In this document: one piece after another, positions 26,672 through 36,068 of the stretch
Position numbering within the stretch: the first letter of the stretch is position 1
How the letters are laid out: the number at the start of each line of letters is the position of its first letter
Source: a virus
Reading direction: 5' to 3' (one strand)
Virus record (IMG/VR): IMGVR_UViG_3300045988_112906
Length of the DNA stretch: 64,000 bases
The notes under the pieces: generated by a model
Seen by the model: the letters and a program-made list of their open reading frames with translations, nothing else
What the model was told of the DNA's origin: nothing
The model's database searches: none
Translations under genes and position numbers: made by a program

Positions 26672-27106
26672 TTACTTTTTGACAGGAGCTTTGTTCTCTT
26701 CATTAATTGTATTGTTATCAAACAGAACATCCCATCCGCTTACACCATCTGATTTTAAGAAAAATAGACAGGCAAACAAAATAGCTACTTGAAAAGCATT
26801 TACTGTCATCTGATGAAAGGCAATACGGTATTCGCCATCACAGAGAATGAATGATGCAATGATGTTAACGACAACCATAGCCAAATATCCATACAAGCCT
26901 ATCTTCTTGGCAGAGCAAAGCATGATCAGGAAATAAACCACAGCTGCTCTTGCTATAATTTCATACACTCCAGCAGCAAGCGACACCTCATCTTGACTGA
27001 TATTCATTATGCTTAAGAATATACCTAAGCCACTGTTGAGAATACCGAGTATAAGGATGCATTCTGTAAACCCATTTAAACGAGCTGTTTTCTTTTTCTG
27101 TTCCAT
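26672..27106 (-). CDS. Integral membrane protein (144 aa, about 4 TM)
   Basis: ORF track; four long hydrophobic segments. AT-rich cassette gene. Confidence 0.6.
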   Translation of the reverse strand: MEQKKKTARLNGFTECILILGILNSGLGIFLSIMNISQDEVSLAAGVYEIIARAAVVYFLIMLCSAKKIGLYGYLAMVVVNIIASFILCDGEYRIAFHQMTVNAFQVAILFACLFFLKSDGVSGWDVLFDNNTINEENKAPVKK

Positions 27107-27117
27107 AATTCTATATT

Positions 27118-27555
27118 TTAAAAATTCAAATATGTTAAATAAAATGTTCCAAAAACTAATCCGTTAGCATCTATATAATTGTATTTAAATTTAAGACCTA
27201 CTTGTTTCATAAACCATCTAAATTCGGAGCGCTTCATATTATAAGCACCAGAGTCTATCATCTTTCTCTGTTCTTCGTTCATGTCGTCCTTAACTTCGCT
27301 CAATATTTCATTTCTTTCTTGCAGTGAATAATCATTCCTGTCTAACGTCAGATGGAAATTGTATGTCCAAACCCAATTTAGAAAGACCACCGATGTTAAT
27401 GTCGTGTAATCATCTATGTACATTGGGAGCTGCTGGTTGAATTCCCTTGCAGTCTTTATAAATAAATTTTTTGCTCTTTGCTTTTCTTGTACTGTCTGTC
27501 CAAAAGAAAACAGGCTTGCAAAAAGCAAAGCGAGTGCTAATGCAAATTTCTTCAT
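27118..27555 (-). CDS. Secreted protein (145 aa)
   Basis: Signal-like MKKFALALALLFASLFSFGQT. Confidence 0.6.
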   Translation of the reverse strand: MKKFALALALLFASLFSFGQTVQEKQRAKNLFIKTAREFNQQLPMYIDDYTTLTSVVFLNWVWTYNFHLTLDRNDYSLQERNEILSEVKDDMNEEQRKMIDSGAYNMKRSEFRWFMKQVGLKFKYNYIDANGLVFGTFYLTYLNF

Positions 27556-27687
27556 ACCGTTATTTTTTTATTCGTTAATCTTCGTGCAAAAATACTAAAA
27601 ATATTAATAGGGTGTATCTTTAAAGTGCAACTTTCTTTATAGTTTAGACAAAAACAAAATAAGGTGAGCACCTGCCCACCTTATTTA

Positions 27688-28419
27688 TTATATAACCTTC
27701 AATAACTCTTCAAACTTATCATCATACCATCGTGGCTGCGTCTCACTCTGGTTCTTTGGAGATACCTGGTTCTCTCCATAAGACTTACCCTTCTCGGTAA
27801 TCACCTTGAACTTGTGAATCCTTGTGGTTCCCTGTCGGGTCTCCTCTTTCAAGAAGCCAAGCTTAACCATCTGCTGGTTGAACTTCAATGCCGACATCTT
27901 GGATCCAAAGCGTTTCAACAGTTCTGATGCCGAGTGCATCACTCCCTTGCTAGCAACATAGTCTGGGGATGGCAAGCCAAGAGGTTCTGCTACCTTCTGC
28001 ATCAATGCAAGCGTTGATGAATCGCTGAGGTTAAGGATTCGCTTGCAGCCTTCCACCCACATCATACCAGCCTCTACTCTATCCTTGATTACATTCGTGA
28101 CAGAATAGCATCCTGTGCGGCGGATAGACTTCAAGATTTCCTTCACTCCCTTCTTGAACTGCTTAGCTTGCGGTTTACGACTCTGCATCAAAACTTCGTA
28201 AAGACCATCCTCGGTGAGGAACCAAGTCTCACCCTGACGCCCTAAGTTGAACTTAGACCGTTCATCCTCATCAACTCTTGTGATCATGTCGGAAACATTC
28301 GAAAGTTCCAACCACTCTGCAACATCGTTTGCCTTAAACAATGGGTTCTCGGCGTTACCATACACATCAATCTCCTTACCAAGGAAAGTTGACTTGCTAA
28401 TCAAACTGATTTCGTTCAT
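27688..28419 (-). CDS. BRO-N / KilAC-type antirepressor-like protein
   Basis: The N-terminal FLGKEIDVYGNAENPLFKANDVAEWLELSNVSDMI...WFLTEDGLYEVLMQSRKPQAKQFKKGV fits the Bro-N pattern. Start chosen at the ATG of MNEISL; the track start at 28473 is also possible. Confidence 0.8.
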   Translation of the reverse strand: MNEISLISKSTFLGKEIDVYGNAENPLFKANDVAEWLELSNVSDMITRVDEDERSKFNLGRQGETWFLTEDGLYEVLMQSRKPQAKQFKKGVKEILKSIRRTGCYSVTNVIKDRVEAGMMWVEGCKRILNLSDSSTLALMQKVAEPLGLPSPDYVASKGVMHSASELLKRFGSKMSALKFNQQMVKLGFLKEETRQGTTRIHKFKVITEKGKSYGENQVSPKNQSETQPRWYDDKFEELLKVI

Positions 28420-28573
28420 AATAATATATTTTAAAATTCTACTTCCAATGAAAGGGCATAAGAAATGCCCCATCCGCTAGTGTGAGAGGTGCAGACAGGG
28501 CATTATATTTTATATGATGAAATCCATTGATTCTGTGTCTGTTTGTGCCTCTCACCTCACGAACTTACGAGTG

Positions 28574-28581
28574 CAAAGATA
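28574..28581 (-). promoter_or_regulatory. -7 box TATCTTTG for the Bro cassette
   Basis: Exact TAnnTTTG match on the minus strand. An imperfect 17-bp inverted repeat (28482..28498 / 28539..28555) lies in the leader. Confidence 0.45.
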
Positions 28582-28753
28582 GTACGATTTTTCGGGATAA
28601 GCGCAATTTTAAAAGTTAAGAAATCCATACGATATAAACCAGTCAATAACTGTTCGACGACAGTTCTATGTATTATCTCAAAAATCACCTTTATTTATCG
28701 GTACTTCACATCATTTAACAGTTTCAAAAATTCATATTTTAGTCGTATGGTGC

Positions 28754-29608
28754 TTGGCGGCTGGATTGACCTTCTCGCCTAACGTGAGCGGACAGAAGAA
28801 TCCTTACTTAGATGCCGTGGGCTGTATGTCGCAGCTTGTGCCGGTGATGGACTATCTCGGCAACTCTTCGGCTGGTAAGGAGCCATTGAACGAGACGATC
28901 AAGGCTTTCTCTCCTTCTGCCCTATCTCCTTTCGTGGAATGGGAGTTAAATACCGACTGGAAGGGTGCGCCAATTGAAAGACGTGGTGACTGGAATGAAA
29001 ATTCCCCTGCTTGGCAGAGAGCCTACAAGGGCACGCCTGACGGATATATGGCTGTGAATAAATGGGTGAATGCCCAGACCAACGATGTAGCCAAGGGCAA
29101 CGAGGATATGCTGGGCAACAGTTTCCTGGATATGGCAACGAACCCTAGTATGCTGAATCACTACATCGGTGGTATCGGTGGCGGTGCTGCTACGTTTACA
29201 GAGCGACTTATCGGTGTTATCAAGCATGGAAACGATACGGAAACCAAGGATATTCCTTTCCTTCGATCGCTGCTTTATACGCCTAACGAGCAGAGCAGTT
29301 TGCAGAGAACCAAGAGCAAGTGGTATAACTACAAGGATGAAATGGAGAAGACGATGGCGAACGTGGACCGCCTGAAATCGAAGAACGTTCCGCTGGATAA
29401 GAGAATCACAAATATCGGTGAGTATTATCAATTCCAGAACTCCAAGGAGGCTGCCAAGGTTAGGGTGATAGAACTGGCTGAGAAGCAGATGAAGCGATGG
29501 AAGAAGATGAGGGATAAGGCGAGCGATACCGAAAGCATCAACTTCGCCAATCAGAATATTGATAGGATCATGATGGATGCGGTGGATGAGCTGGATAGGC
29601 TGGAATAA
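28754..29608 (+). pseudogene. Orphan, diverged copy of the giant gene's C-terminal ~280 codons (no ATG, no promoter)
   Basis: Collinear with the last ~290 aa of 19581..26600. Shared strings include QLVP, W.G.P, AP.W.RAY, NKW.N, QRT.SKWYNY.DE and AV..LD.L. About one third of residues are identical by eye. The frame opens only with an alternative start codon, exactly where homology begins. Confidence 0.6.
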
Positions 29609-29617
29609 TATGAAATG

Positions 29618-29652
29618 AGGAGTGGGCGCTTGAGTGCTCACTCCTTCTTTTG
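29618..29652. terminator. Hairpin terminator after the orphan fragment
   Basis: AGGAGTGGGCGC-ttga-GTGCTCACTCCT (12-bp stem, 2 G:U pairs) followed by tctttt. Confidence 0.55.
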
Positions 29653-29684
29653 GGGACTCAGCATGGAATGCTGAGGAACGGGGG

Positions 29685-30071
29685 CTAGAGGGAGCTTTTC
29701 TTGCTGGCGGCGGCTTGGCAGAGGGAGCCTAAGAGATAGCAGGGTTCTTCGGTGTACATATTTATCAGGAACTGCTCGGATATGTGCTGAACTACATGGA
29801 GCATTTCGTGGGTAAGGCTATTCGTATACTCCCCTTTTGAGGTGGTCCAGCTTATTACTACTATCGTTTTTCTAGTGTCTATGTTGGAATAGGTGATGCC
29901 TTTGTTGGGTTCACCTTCGAGCACGAGATTACAGGCATCTTCGAGAGGAATGCCGCTGCATCCCAAATCCCGAAGATGCCTTCTTACCTTCATGGCATCC
30001 TTTGAGTGAACATCGTACATTACGTGTACGGTCCAGTCGTATCTATCTATGTAAATCTCCTGCTCTGTCAT
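29685..30071 (-). CDS. Small protein with an HExxH motif (128 aa), possible metallopeptidase
   Basis: SLTHEMLHVVQH contains HEMLH; there is no other support. Confidence 0.55.
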   Translation of the reverse strand: MTEQEIYIDRYDWTVHVMYDVHSKDAMKVRRHLRDLGCSGIPLEDACNLVLEGEPNKGITYSNIDTRKTIVVISWTTSKGEYTNSLTHEMLHVVQHISEQFLINMYTEEPCYLLGSLCQAAASKKSSL

Positions 30072-30074
30072 ATT

Positions 30075-30500
30075 TTACAAAATGTCTTCCCAAGGAATGC
30101 CTATGCCATTGAATGACGTATCTGCATAGAAGCGGTTGAAGATGAATCCGTCCTGCTGGTCCTCATCATCCACGTAGTCTTTGATGAACTGTGCCATCTG
30201 TTTTTCCTCTGTGATGGATGATCCGTAGAAATCGGCGAGGCACATGTGTGCGATGTAAACAGCATCGTAGCCCACATTATTCTCCAGCACGATATTATTC
30301 TTCTTCAGAATGTCCTCAATATCATCCTTACTCATGATGCGGATAGATTTTCCATTCTTCCGCATCTGCTTGATTGCCCACTCGCACATCTTCTTATTGA
30401 AGTGCCAACCATTGTAGCGAAGATAAGCCTTCATTTCCTCTGGCTGATAATCGTAGGCATTTAATGATTGTCTGTATTTTCTTCCCATAATCTCAATCAA
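30075..30500 (-). CDS. Hypothetical protein (141 aa)
   Basis: ORF track. Confidence 0.6.
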   Translation of the reverse strand: MIEIMGRKYRQSLNAYDYQPEEMKAYLRYNGWHFNKKMCEWAIKQMRKNGKSIRIMSKDDIEDILKKNNIVLENNVGYDAVYIAHMCLADFYGSSITEEKQMAQFIKDYVDDEDQQDGFIFNRFYADTSFNGIGIPWEDIL

Positions 30501-30545
30501 TTTAAGAAAGGGGTATGCCCACTTTTGAGCACACCCCCAAACTAG

Positions 30546-30821
30546 TTAGTAATCTTCTCCGTAATCACTTCTGTAATCACGTCCACGGTCTTCACGTTGG
30601 CGCATGTCTTCGTACTCCTCATGCTCTCGCATACCACTTCTGCCTCCACGACCTCTGTAATCGGGCATGCGGTTGCGCTCGCCGTATCGGTCACGTCTGC
30701 CTTCACGCTTCATTTCGCCCAGGCAGTTCATTGCCTTATCCAAGTAGCGCAAGCCCTTCTCCACGTTCTCATACAAGCCATCAAACTTGTCTTCTGTAAT
30801 CTCAACCATTATCATAATCAT
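30546..30821 (-). CDS. Small protein with an Arg/Asp/Glu/Tyr-rich disordered tail (start uncertain among MIMIM)
   Basis: ORF track; low-complexity RGG/RD-rich C-terminus. Confidence 0.45.
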   Translation of the reverse strand: MIMIMVEITEDKFDGLYENVEKGLRYLDKAMNCLGEMKREGRRDRYGERNRMPDYRGRGGRSGMREHEEYEDMRQREDRGRDYRSDYGEDY

Positions 30822-30849
30822 AAGATTTTAAAAGTGAATAGATAGGAGA

Positions 30850-31350
30850 TTACTTATTGATGCTCTGTTGGAGCCATCCCATCATTTTGTCAATCTTGCC
30901 CTCAATGCCGGAAACCTTGCCTTCCAGCTTGTTGATCTTCTCAGTCTGTTCCCTATCCTTGGCTATCTGGGGGTTGAGTTGCAGTAGCATTCCCTCACAA
31001 GATTTAACGACTCTCTCATGGTAATCTACGCTCTCCAGTATCGCCTTGGATTGTCTCAGCATTGCATCGACCTCTGCACTCATGGCTTCCTTGCTATCGC
31101 TTACCACAAGATTCTTGTCGTTCGCTATCTGTCCGTTAGCAGGTAGCTGCTTGAAATCCGCCTCTTCGTCACCCAGCTTCACCCTAACGTCCACCACAGT
31201 CTCCATAGGTTGAGGGGTGAAGCCATTGTTGAAGGATGGGTATCTCGTCTGAGGGTTGCTAACCGAAACAACCTGACCGATCCTCAAGCTAGGGTTTTCG
31301 CCCTTGTCGAGCACATAGAATAAAGAATTTGTTCGTAGTCCTTGAAACAT
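30850..31350 (-). CDS. Hypothetical protein with a C-terminal coiled coil (166 aa)
   Basis: ORF track. Confidence 0.6.
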   Translation of the reverse strand: MFQGLRTNSLFYVLDKGENPSLRIGQVVSVSNPQTRYPSFNNGFTPQPMETVVDVRVKLGDEEADFKQLPANGQIANDKNLVVSDSKEAMSAEVDAMLRQSKAILESVDYHERVVKSCEGMLLQLNPQIAKDREQTEKINKLEGKVSGIEGKIDKMMGWLQQSINK

Positions 31351-31380
31351 AATGTAATCTCCTATTATCTATTCTGTTTG

Positions 31381-31725
31381 TTAAACAATACCCGTCATCA
31401 GCTGAAGGGTGTTAGTATCTCGCTCGAACCAGAGCTGAACCACTCCAGTTCCCGGCACATCTGCAACCGTCAATGGTTCGCCATTGAACTTGCTCACAGC
31501 TTGTGTCGCTCCGTTTGTCTCGAAAAGGATAGGCAGCGTACCAGTCGTTCCAGTCGGAATAGCCTGCATCAGGTTCACGAAAATCGTCCCCCTGTAGCTG
31601 GCATTCACGAAGGCGTGGTTTTTGAACGAGAAAATAACATTTTCGGTGTTCACCGCCACGCCTGTAGAAGCGATAGCCGCCGAACCGTTACGATTCACCC
31701 ATGTATAAGGTCTTAACCATAACAT
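31381..31725 (-). CDS. Small beta-rich protein (114 aa)
   Basis: ORF track. The Thr/Gly/Val-rich pattern suggests an all-beta fold (inference). Confidence 0.55.
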   Translation of the reverse strand: MLWLRPYTWVNRNGSAAIASTGVAVNTENVIFSFKNHAFVNASYRGTIFVNLMQAIPTGTTGTLPILFETNGATQAVSKFNGEPLTVADVPGTGVVQLWFERDTNTLQLMTGIV

Positions 31726-31740
31726 AGCAGCCTCCTTTCT

Positions 31741-32745
31741 TTAACCCCAGAATCCTGCACCGTTGGCAGCATTCAGTCCGTACAAACCTGCCTGATAAGC
31801 CACGCAGTTAGGAACCGCAGTAAATGGGCTGTAAGGAGTGGTTACAGTCTCAGGCAACTTACACTTGATGCCAGCTACCTCGCTCTGAAGACCGGCAAGT
31901 ACCGCATTGATAGGTGCTACTGCCTGACCCACAATCTGAGAGGTCATTGCCGAAGACTTGAAGGTGCTATTCTCCTCACGCAGAGAATCAATCTTGTTCT
32001 GCATCTCACGCATCTCTGCCTGCTTCTGACCGTCAACGATGGTCTGAGTGCTTTCCTTGATAGCGTTGTGCAAATCACAAGTCTGGTCCTTAGTAGCATA
32101 AGCAAGAGAAGAAGCTGCTCGCTCCTGACCTACTGCCACGTTGTTGATGGCATTCTGCAAGGTTCCAGTCTGCTGACACATCGCCAACTTGATATTGCCG
32201 TCCATGGCGGTAATGTTGTTGTTGGTCTTGCAGCAGCATTCTGCCAACTGGGTAGCGATTGCGTTGTTACCCTGCATGATGGCAGTCAATACCTGATTAG
32301 CTGTCATGCCCATCTGGTTGCCGACACCACAAATCTCATTGCTTACACCATTGATGGCAGCGATAACGTTACCGGTAGTGGTGTTGAGAGCTGTAGCGAG
32401 AGACTGAACATCGTAGCCATTGCGCTGAACTGCCTGCATGATAACAGCCGTATTGGCATCGTTGTTAATCATAGGAGCAACACCGCCCTGTCCGTTAGGC
32501 ATGAAGCCACCACCGTTGGCACCGCCGAAGAAGTTGCCTCTACCCATGATAATGAAGAGAAGCAGGATGGCAAACAAATCATTGCCCCATCCGCCACCAT
32601 TGCCCTTGCCGTTACAGAGAGCAATCAAACTTGGATCTACACCCTGCTTCTGCATGAGTGCTGGGAGCATAGCGAGAATGCTATTCAAACCGCCGCCTTG
32701 GCTGGTTCCGTTCTCCCCGAATACGTAAGTTTTCGATTCTGACAT
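31741..32745 (-). CDS. Gly/Asn/Ala-rich protein with one TM segment and a CCC motif (334 aa)
   Basis: ATG at 32745; the track start at 32775 is GTG. Features include GNGGGWGNDLFAILLLFIIMGRGNFFGGANGGG and a C-terminal coiled coil. Confidence 0.55.
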   Translation of the reverse strand: MSESKTYVFGENGTSQGGGLNSILAMLPALMQKQGVDPSLIALCNGKGNGGGWGNDLFAILLLFIIMGRGNFFGGANGGGFMPNGQGGVAPMINNDANTAVIMQAVQRNGYDVQSLATALNTTTGNVIAAINGVSNEICGVGNQMGMTANQVLTAIMQGNNAIATQLAECCCKTNNNITAMDGNIKLAMCQQTGTLQNAINNVAVGQERAASSLAYATKDQTCDLHNAIKESTQTIVDGQKQAEMREMQNKIDSLREENSTFKSSAMTSQIVGQAVAPINAVLAGLQSEVAGIKCKLPETVTTPYSPFTAVPNCVAYQAGLYGLNAANGAGFWG

Positions 32746-32789
32746 AATAAATGATAGATTAATCGTTTCGTTCACTATTGAACTTGGTG

Positions 32790-32797
32790 CAAAGTTA
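32790..32797 (-). promoter_or_regulatory. -7 box TAACTTTG for the 32745..29685 operon (lacks the late upstream element)
   Basis: Exact TAnnTTTG match on the minus strand, 45 nt upstream of the ATG. Confidence 0.5.
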
Positions 32798-32964
32798 CGA
32801 AGATGTTAGCGTCCTGCCTAACTATGCTCAAAATAAAGTTTTTGCTAGTTAGAATGCTGTTTTTCAATGATTTACGATGAGCAAGTTGATGCTCATTAAT
32901 TTAGCATTTTTCTAAACTAGGAAGAAAACGAGCTTCTGTCGGTACAACCTATCGTATTTTTTCG

Positions 32965-32972
32965 TACTTTTG
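32965..32972 (+). promoter_or_regulatory. -7 box TACTTTTG for the Zorya-like cassette
   Basis: Exact TAnnTTTG match 22 nt upstream of the 32994 ATG; no late upstream element. Confidence 0.55.
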
Positions 32973-32993
32973 CAGGAAAAATCGCTTAAAATT

Positions 32994-34502
32994 ATGACTG
33001 AACAAGGAACGAATATCGCAACATTGATTTGCTGCATCATTATCGGTGGCGCATTCTTAGTCTTCTTTTATATCACCAAGACAGCGAAAGAAGACTTTCT
33101 ATTGAAACACAAGAGAACGGTTGATGCTTTCCCTTCAATCATTTCTACTCTTGGAGTTTTGGGAACATTCTTAGGAATCACAATAGGATTATCAGGTTTT
33201 GATGTGAACGACTTAACACGTAGTATTCCTATTCTTCTTGGTGGATTGAAGACAGCATTCTACACTTCGCTTGGCGGTATGTTAGGTTCCCTTATTCTAC
33301 GTCATTTCTGTACAGATATTAAGTTTGACAAAGAAGATGGAGGTGTCTCTTCTACTGATGCAGCAATCAGAGAGTTGGGAAAAGGTGTGCGAGAAATGAG
33401 TTCTACCCTAGTTACTACCTTAATCCAAAACAGAAACGAAATGAAGCAGATGGGTATGGCGCAGGCATCATTCTTTAATCAGATTTTAGAGATAAACAAA
33501 TCGCTTGTTGGCTCTGCAACTAATATTGATACCAAGCTAGCTCGTATCTCTTTGGTTGAAGGAGAACAGACTGCCACACTTAACACGCTGGCTTCTCATG
33601 CTTCTAATTTTGAAGCCAGCAATAAGCGCCTTGAGGAATCCTTGGGAGAAATTGTTGATGCACAATCGGCAAACACTTCTACATTTGACGAAATGAACGA
33701 GGAACTTAAGAAGTTCAGCCAGATTTTACGTTCAGAGGTAGATGAAATCGAAGATAAGATGGAAAGTACCAATAAACTTCTTACCAACAAGTTTGACGAG
33801 TTCAGCGAACTGCTTAAGAAGAGCAATACAGAAGCTTTGGTTAATGTCATGAAGAAGGTAACAGAAGAGTTCCAGAAGCAGATGAACGACCTTATCAGCA
33901 GATTGGTACAAGAGAACTTTGCTAAGCTGAATGAAAGTGTTGAGAAGCTGAACACATGGCAGGAAGAAAATAAGACTATGATAGAAAGCTTGACTAAGCA
34001 GTATCACCAGATGGAGCAGGACTTTGAAGGTACATCTACTGTGATGCTTGACGTTTCCAACTATGCAAACCAACTTGTTGGAAACGGTGGAAAGTTGGCT
34101 CAGTTGGTATCAGTTCTTAAAGAAGTAATGGTTGACGATCAGAAATTTATAGAAATTTCTAGAAACCTTTCCGAGTCTGCTTCGCTTGCTAAAGACGGAA
34201 TGGAGAAACAGGATGCTATTACAAATAAGCTCAATGAATGGGTTCAAGGTGTTCAAGTTTTCAAGGATGATGTTCAGCGCCTTATCAATAAGCTCGAAGA
34301 GTTGGATAGAATAAGAAACTACAACGAACAGTTCTGGCAAGGCACAAAGAAGAGCTTGGAAGAAGGTGTCGGTATTATTCAGAGCGGAAGCGAAGAGCTG
34401 AATAAGCAAATTCTGAATATAGATAAGAGTTTCTACAATAGATTAAGTGCAACATTGGCTAGTCTTGATAACTTGATTGCAACGATGTTAGATAGACACT
34501 AA
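32994..34502 (+). CDS. zorA: ZorA-like MotA/ExbB-family channel protein with a long coiled-coil tail (502 aa)
   Basis: Three N-terminal TM segments. STLGVLGTFLGITIGL and LKTAFYTSLGGMLGSLIL match the MotA/TolQ/ExbB signatures. The remaining ~370 aa are heptad-rich. ATG at 32994; the track start is TTG. Confidence 0.8.
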   Translation: MTEQGTNIATLICCIIIGGAFLVFFYITKTAKEDFLLKHKRTVDAFPSIISTLGVLGTFLGITIGLSGFDVNDLTRSIPILLGGLKTAFYTSLGGMLGSLILRHFCTDIKFDKEDGGVSSTDAAIRELGKGVREMSSTLVTTLIQNRNEMKQMGMAQASFFNQILEINKSLVGSATNIDTKLARISLVEGEQTATLNTLASHASNFEASNKRLEESLGEIVDAQSANTSTFDEMNEELKKFSQILRSEVDEIEDKMESTNKLLTNKFDEFSELLKKSNTEALVNVMKKVTEEFQKQMNDLISRLVQENFAKLNESVEKLNTWQEENKTMIESLTKQYHQMEQDFEGTSTVMLDVSNYANQLVGNGGKLAQLVSVLKEVMVDDQKFIEISRNLSESASLAKDGMEKQDAITNKLNEWVQGVQVFKDDVQRLINKLEELDRIRNYNEQFWQGTKKSLEEGVGIIQSGSEELNKQILNIDKSFYNRLSATLASLDNLIATMLDRH

Positions 34503-34513
34503 ACAGAATCATT

Positions 34514-35212
34514 ATGGCAAAAAATAATATATGGATGTCTGTTTCTGACCTTATGACAGGATTGATGGTGATATTTTTGTTTGTTGCCATTGCCTATATC
34601 AGTAAGGTTCAGGAACATTCGGTAACGCTGAAAGATTACGTGGAGGTGAAAGAAAATCTTCACGACAAACTGGTAAGCAAGTTTGAAGGAGATACTGCTA
34701 AATGGCAAATGACCATTGGTAGCGATTTGTCAATGAAGTTCAAGAATGCTTCTGTACTTTTTCAGCAGGGTTCAGATCAGCTTTCTCCTGAGTTCAAAAA
34801 GGTTCTTGCGGACTTCTTGCCAAGGTATTTTGATATACTTTTGAATGACAGTTTACGAAACCATATAACAGAAATTCGCATCGAGGGGCATACGGACGAC
34901 TGGGGTTATCCACAGCTTGATAAAGACCCTTATATTGCAAATGTTATCCTCTCGCAGAAACGTGCACTGAATGTCCTTCGCTTCTTCCGTTCTCTGCCAG
35001 AGTTTCAGAAATACACTCCAAAAGAGAAGGCGTTGCTGGAATATTGGTTTACGGCAAATGGTCTTTCATACGGCAAGGCTTTGGATTCAAAAGGTGAATA
35101 CATTCATGACAGCCATAACAAAATCGACTTAGCTAAGTCTAGACGAGTAGAGTTCAGAATTATTACTGATAGCGAAAAGCTTCTGGAGAATTTTGTTGGC
35201 AAAAACAAATAA
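34514..35212 (+). CDS. zorB: ZorB-like MotB/OmpA-family protein (232 aa)
   Basis: The N-terminal TM carries a conserved Asp (SVSDLMTGLMVIFLFVAI). The OmpA-like peptidoglycan-binding box is IRIEGHTDDWG...LSQKRALNV...SRRVEFRI. Confidence 0.85.
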   Translation: MAKNNIWMSVSDLMTGLMVIFLFVAIAYISKVQEHSVTLKDYVEVKENLHDKLVSKFEGDTAKWQMTIGSDLSMKFKNASVLFQQGSDQLSPEFKKVLADFLPRYFDILLNDSLRNHITEIRIEGHTDDWGYPQLDKDPYIANVILSQKRALNVLRFFRSLPEFQKYTPKEKALLEYWFTANGLSYGKALDSKGEYIHDSHNKIDLAKSRRVEFRIITDSEKLLENFVGKNK

Positions 35213-35225
35213 TTAAATAATTATT

Positions 35226-36068
35226 ATGGAAGAGGAACCATTGATTAATTTTAGTGCACTTAGAGATAAACTAATAGCATTGGGATTTCATATAAAGGAG
35301 CCAAAAGGAAAAGGCGGCTATAGCGAGGTTGAATCACAAGATGTTACTCTTGGAGATATACAAAATGGAACATTAAAGATTGATAAAACCGGTATCTTTA
35401 ATATTGATCCTGACACAGGAGAAGAACAACGTATTTTTCTGTATAAAAGAAAATACAATCTCAAAAGGTTTGGAAAGCCAAGATACCATATTTGCAAATG
35501 TCAAACCATAGAAGATTTTATGAATGCTGCTGGTGCCATCCCAGAATACAGGAAAGCAAATAAAATGCCCGTGTGGGTTATTGATACTAGTGACAATAAC
35601 AAAGATAAACAGATAGATAATCTACCTCTTTGTAAAAATTGTGCAGCCATTTTAGGCAACATTAATAAAAACACTACTTCAAATGAATTTGTTGAAATTT
35701 TAAAAAAGGCATATAAAGCTCCTAGTAAACCGGGAGAAAAGATAGAAGTCGATGTTAATGGCTATACTAGAGATTGGAGGGAGATCAGTAAAAAGTATCG
35801 AGAGAAGCATAACTACACATGTGAAAGATGTGGTGTAAAAGTTATGAATCCGTTCGAAAGTGAGTTTATGCAGACTCATCATCGAAATGGCAACAAGACT
35901 GACAATCGTGAAAACAACCTGGAGTGTCTTTGCATTAAGTGCCATTCCGAAGTTGATGATACCCATAGAAGAAATTTCAACACTCTAGCCCAGCAAGGTA
36001 TCATCCAAGAGTTTCTGCTGAAATATGGTACGGAACGCTTTAAAGGAAAAAGTGGGGAGTTGTTTTAA
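35226..36068 (+). CDS. zorE: ZorE-like HNH endonuclease (280 aa)
   Basis: HNH box THHRNGNKTDNRENNLECLCIKCH at 35877..35945. Additional CxxC pairs (CKC, CKNC, CERC). Confidence 0.75.
   Translation: MEEEPLINFSALRDKLIALGFHIKEPKGKGGYSEVESQDVTLGDIQNGTLKIDKTGIFNIDPDTGEEQRIFLYKRKYNLKRFGKPRYHICKCQTIEDFMNAAGAIPEYRKANKMPVWVIDTSDNNKDKQIDNLPLCKNCAAILGNINKNTTSNEFVEILKKAYKAPSKPGEKIEVDVNGYTRDWREISKKYREKHNYTCERCGVKVMNPFESEFMQTHHRNGNKTDNRENNLECLCIKCHSEVDDTHRRNFNTLAQQGIIQEFLLKYGTERFKGKSGELF

Noticed and set aside
28543-28782. 79-aa plus-strand ORF upstream of the orphan fragment
   Set aside because: It covers the Bro-cassette promoter and leader. It has no ATG context and a low-complexity product.
32068-32742. 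224-aa plus-strand ORF (and 32438..32728) antisense to the Gly-rich gene
   Set aside because: There is no promoter, and it points opposite to the operon that starts at the 32790..32797 box. Long antisense frames are expected in Gly/Ala/Asn-rich coding DNA.
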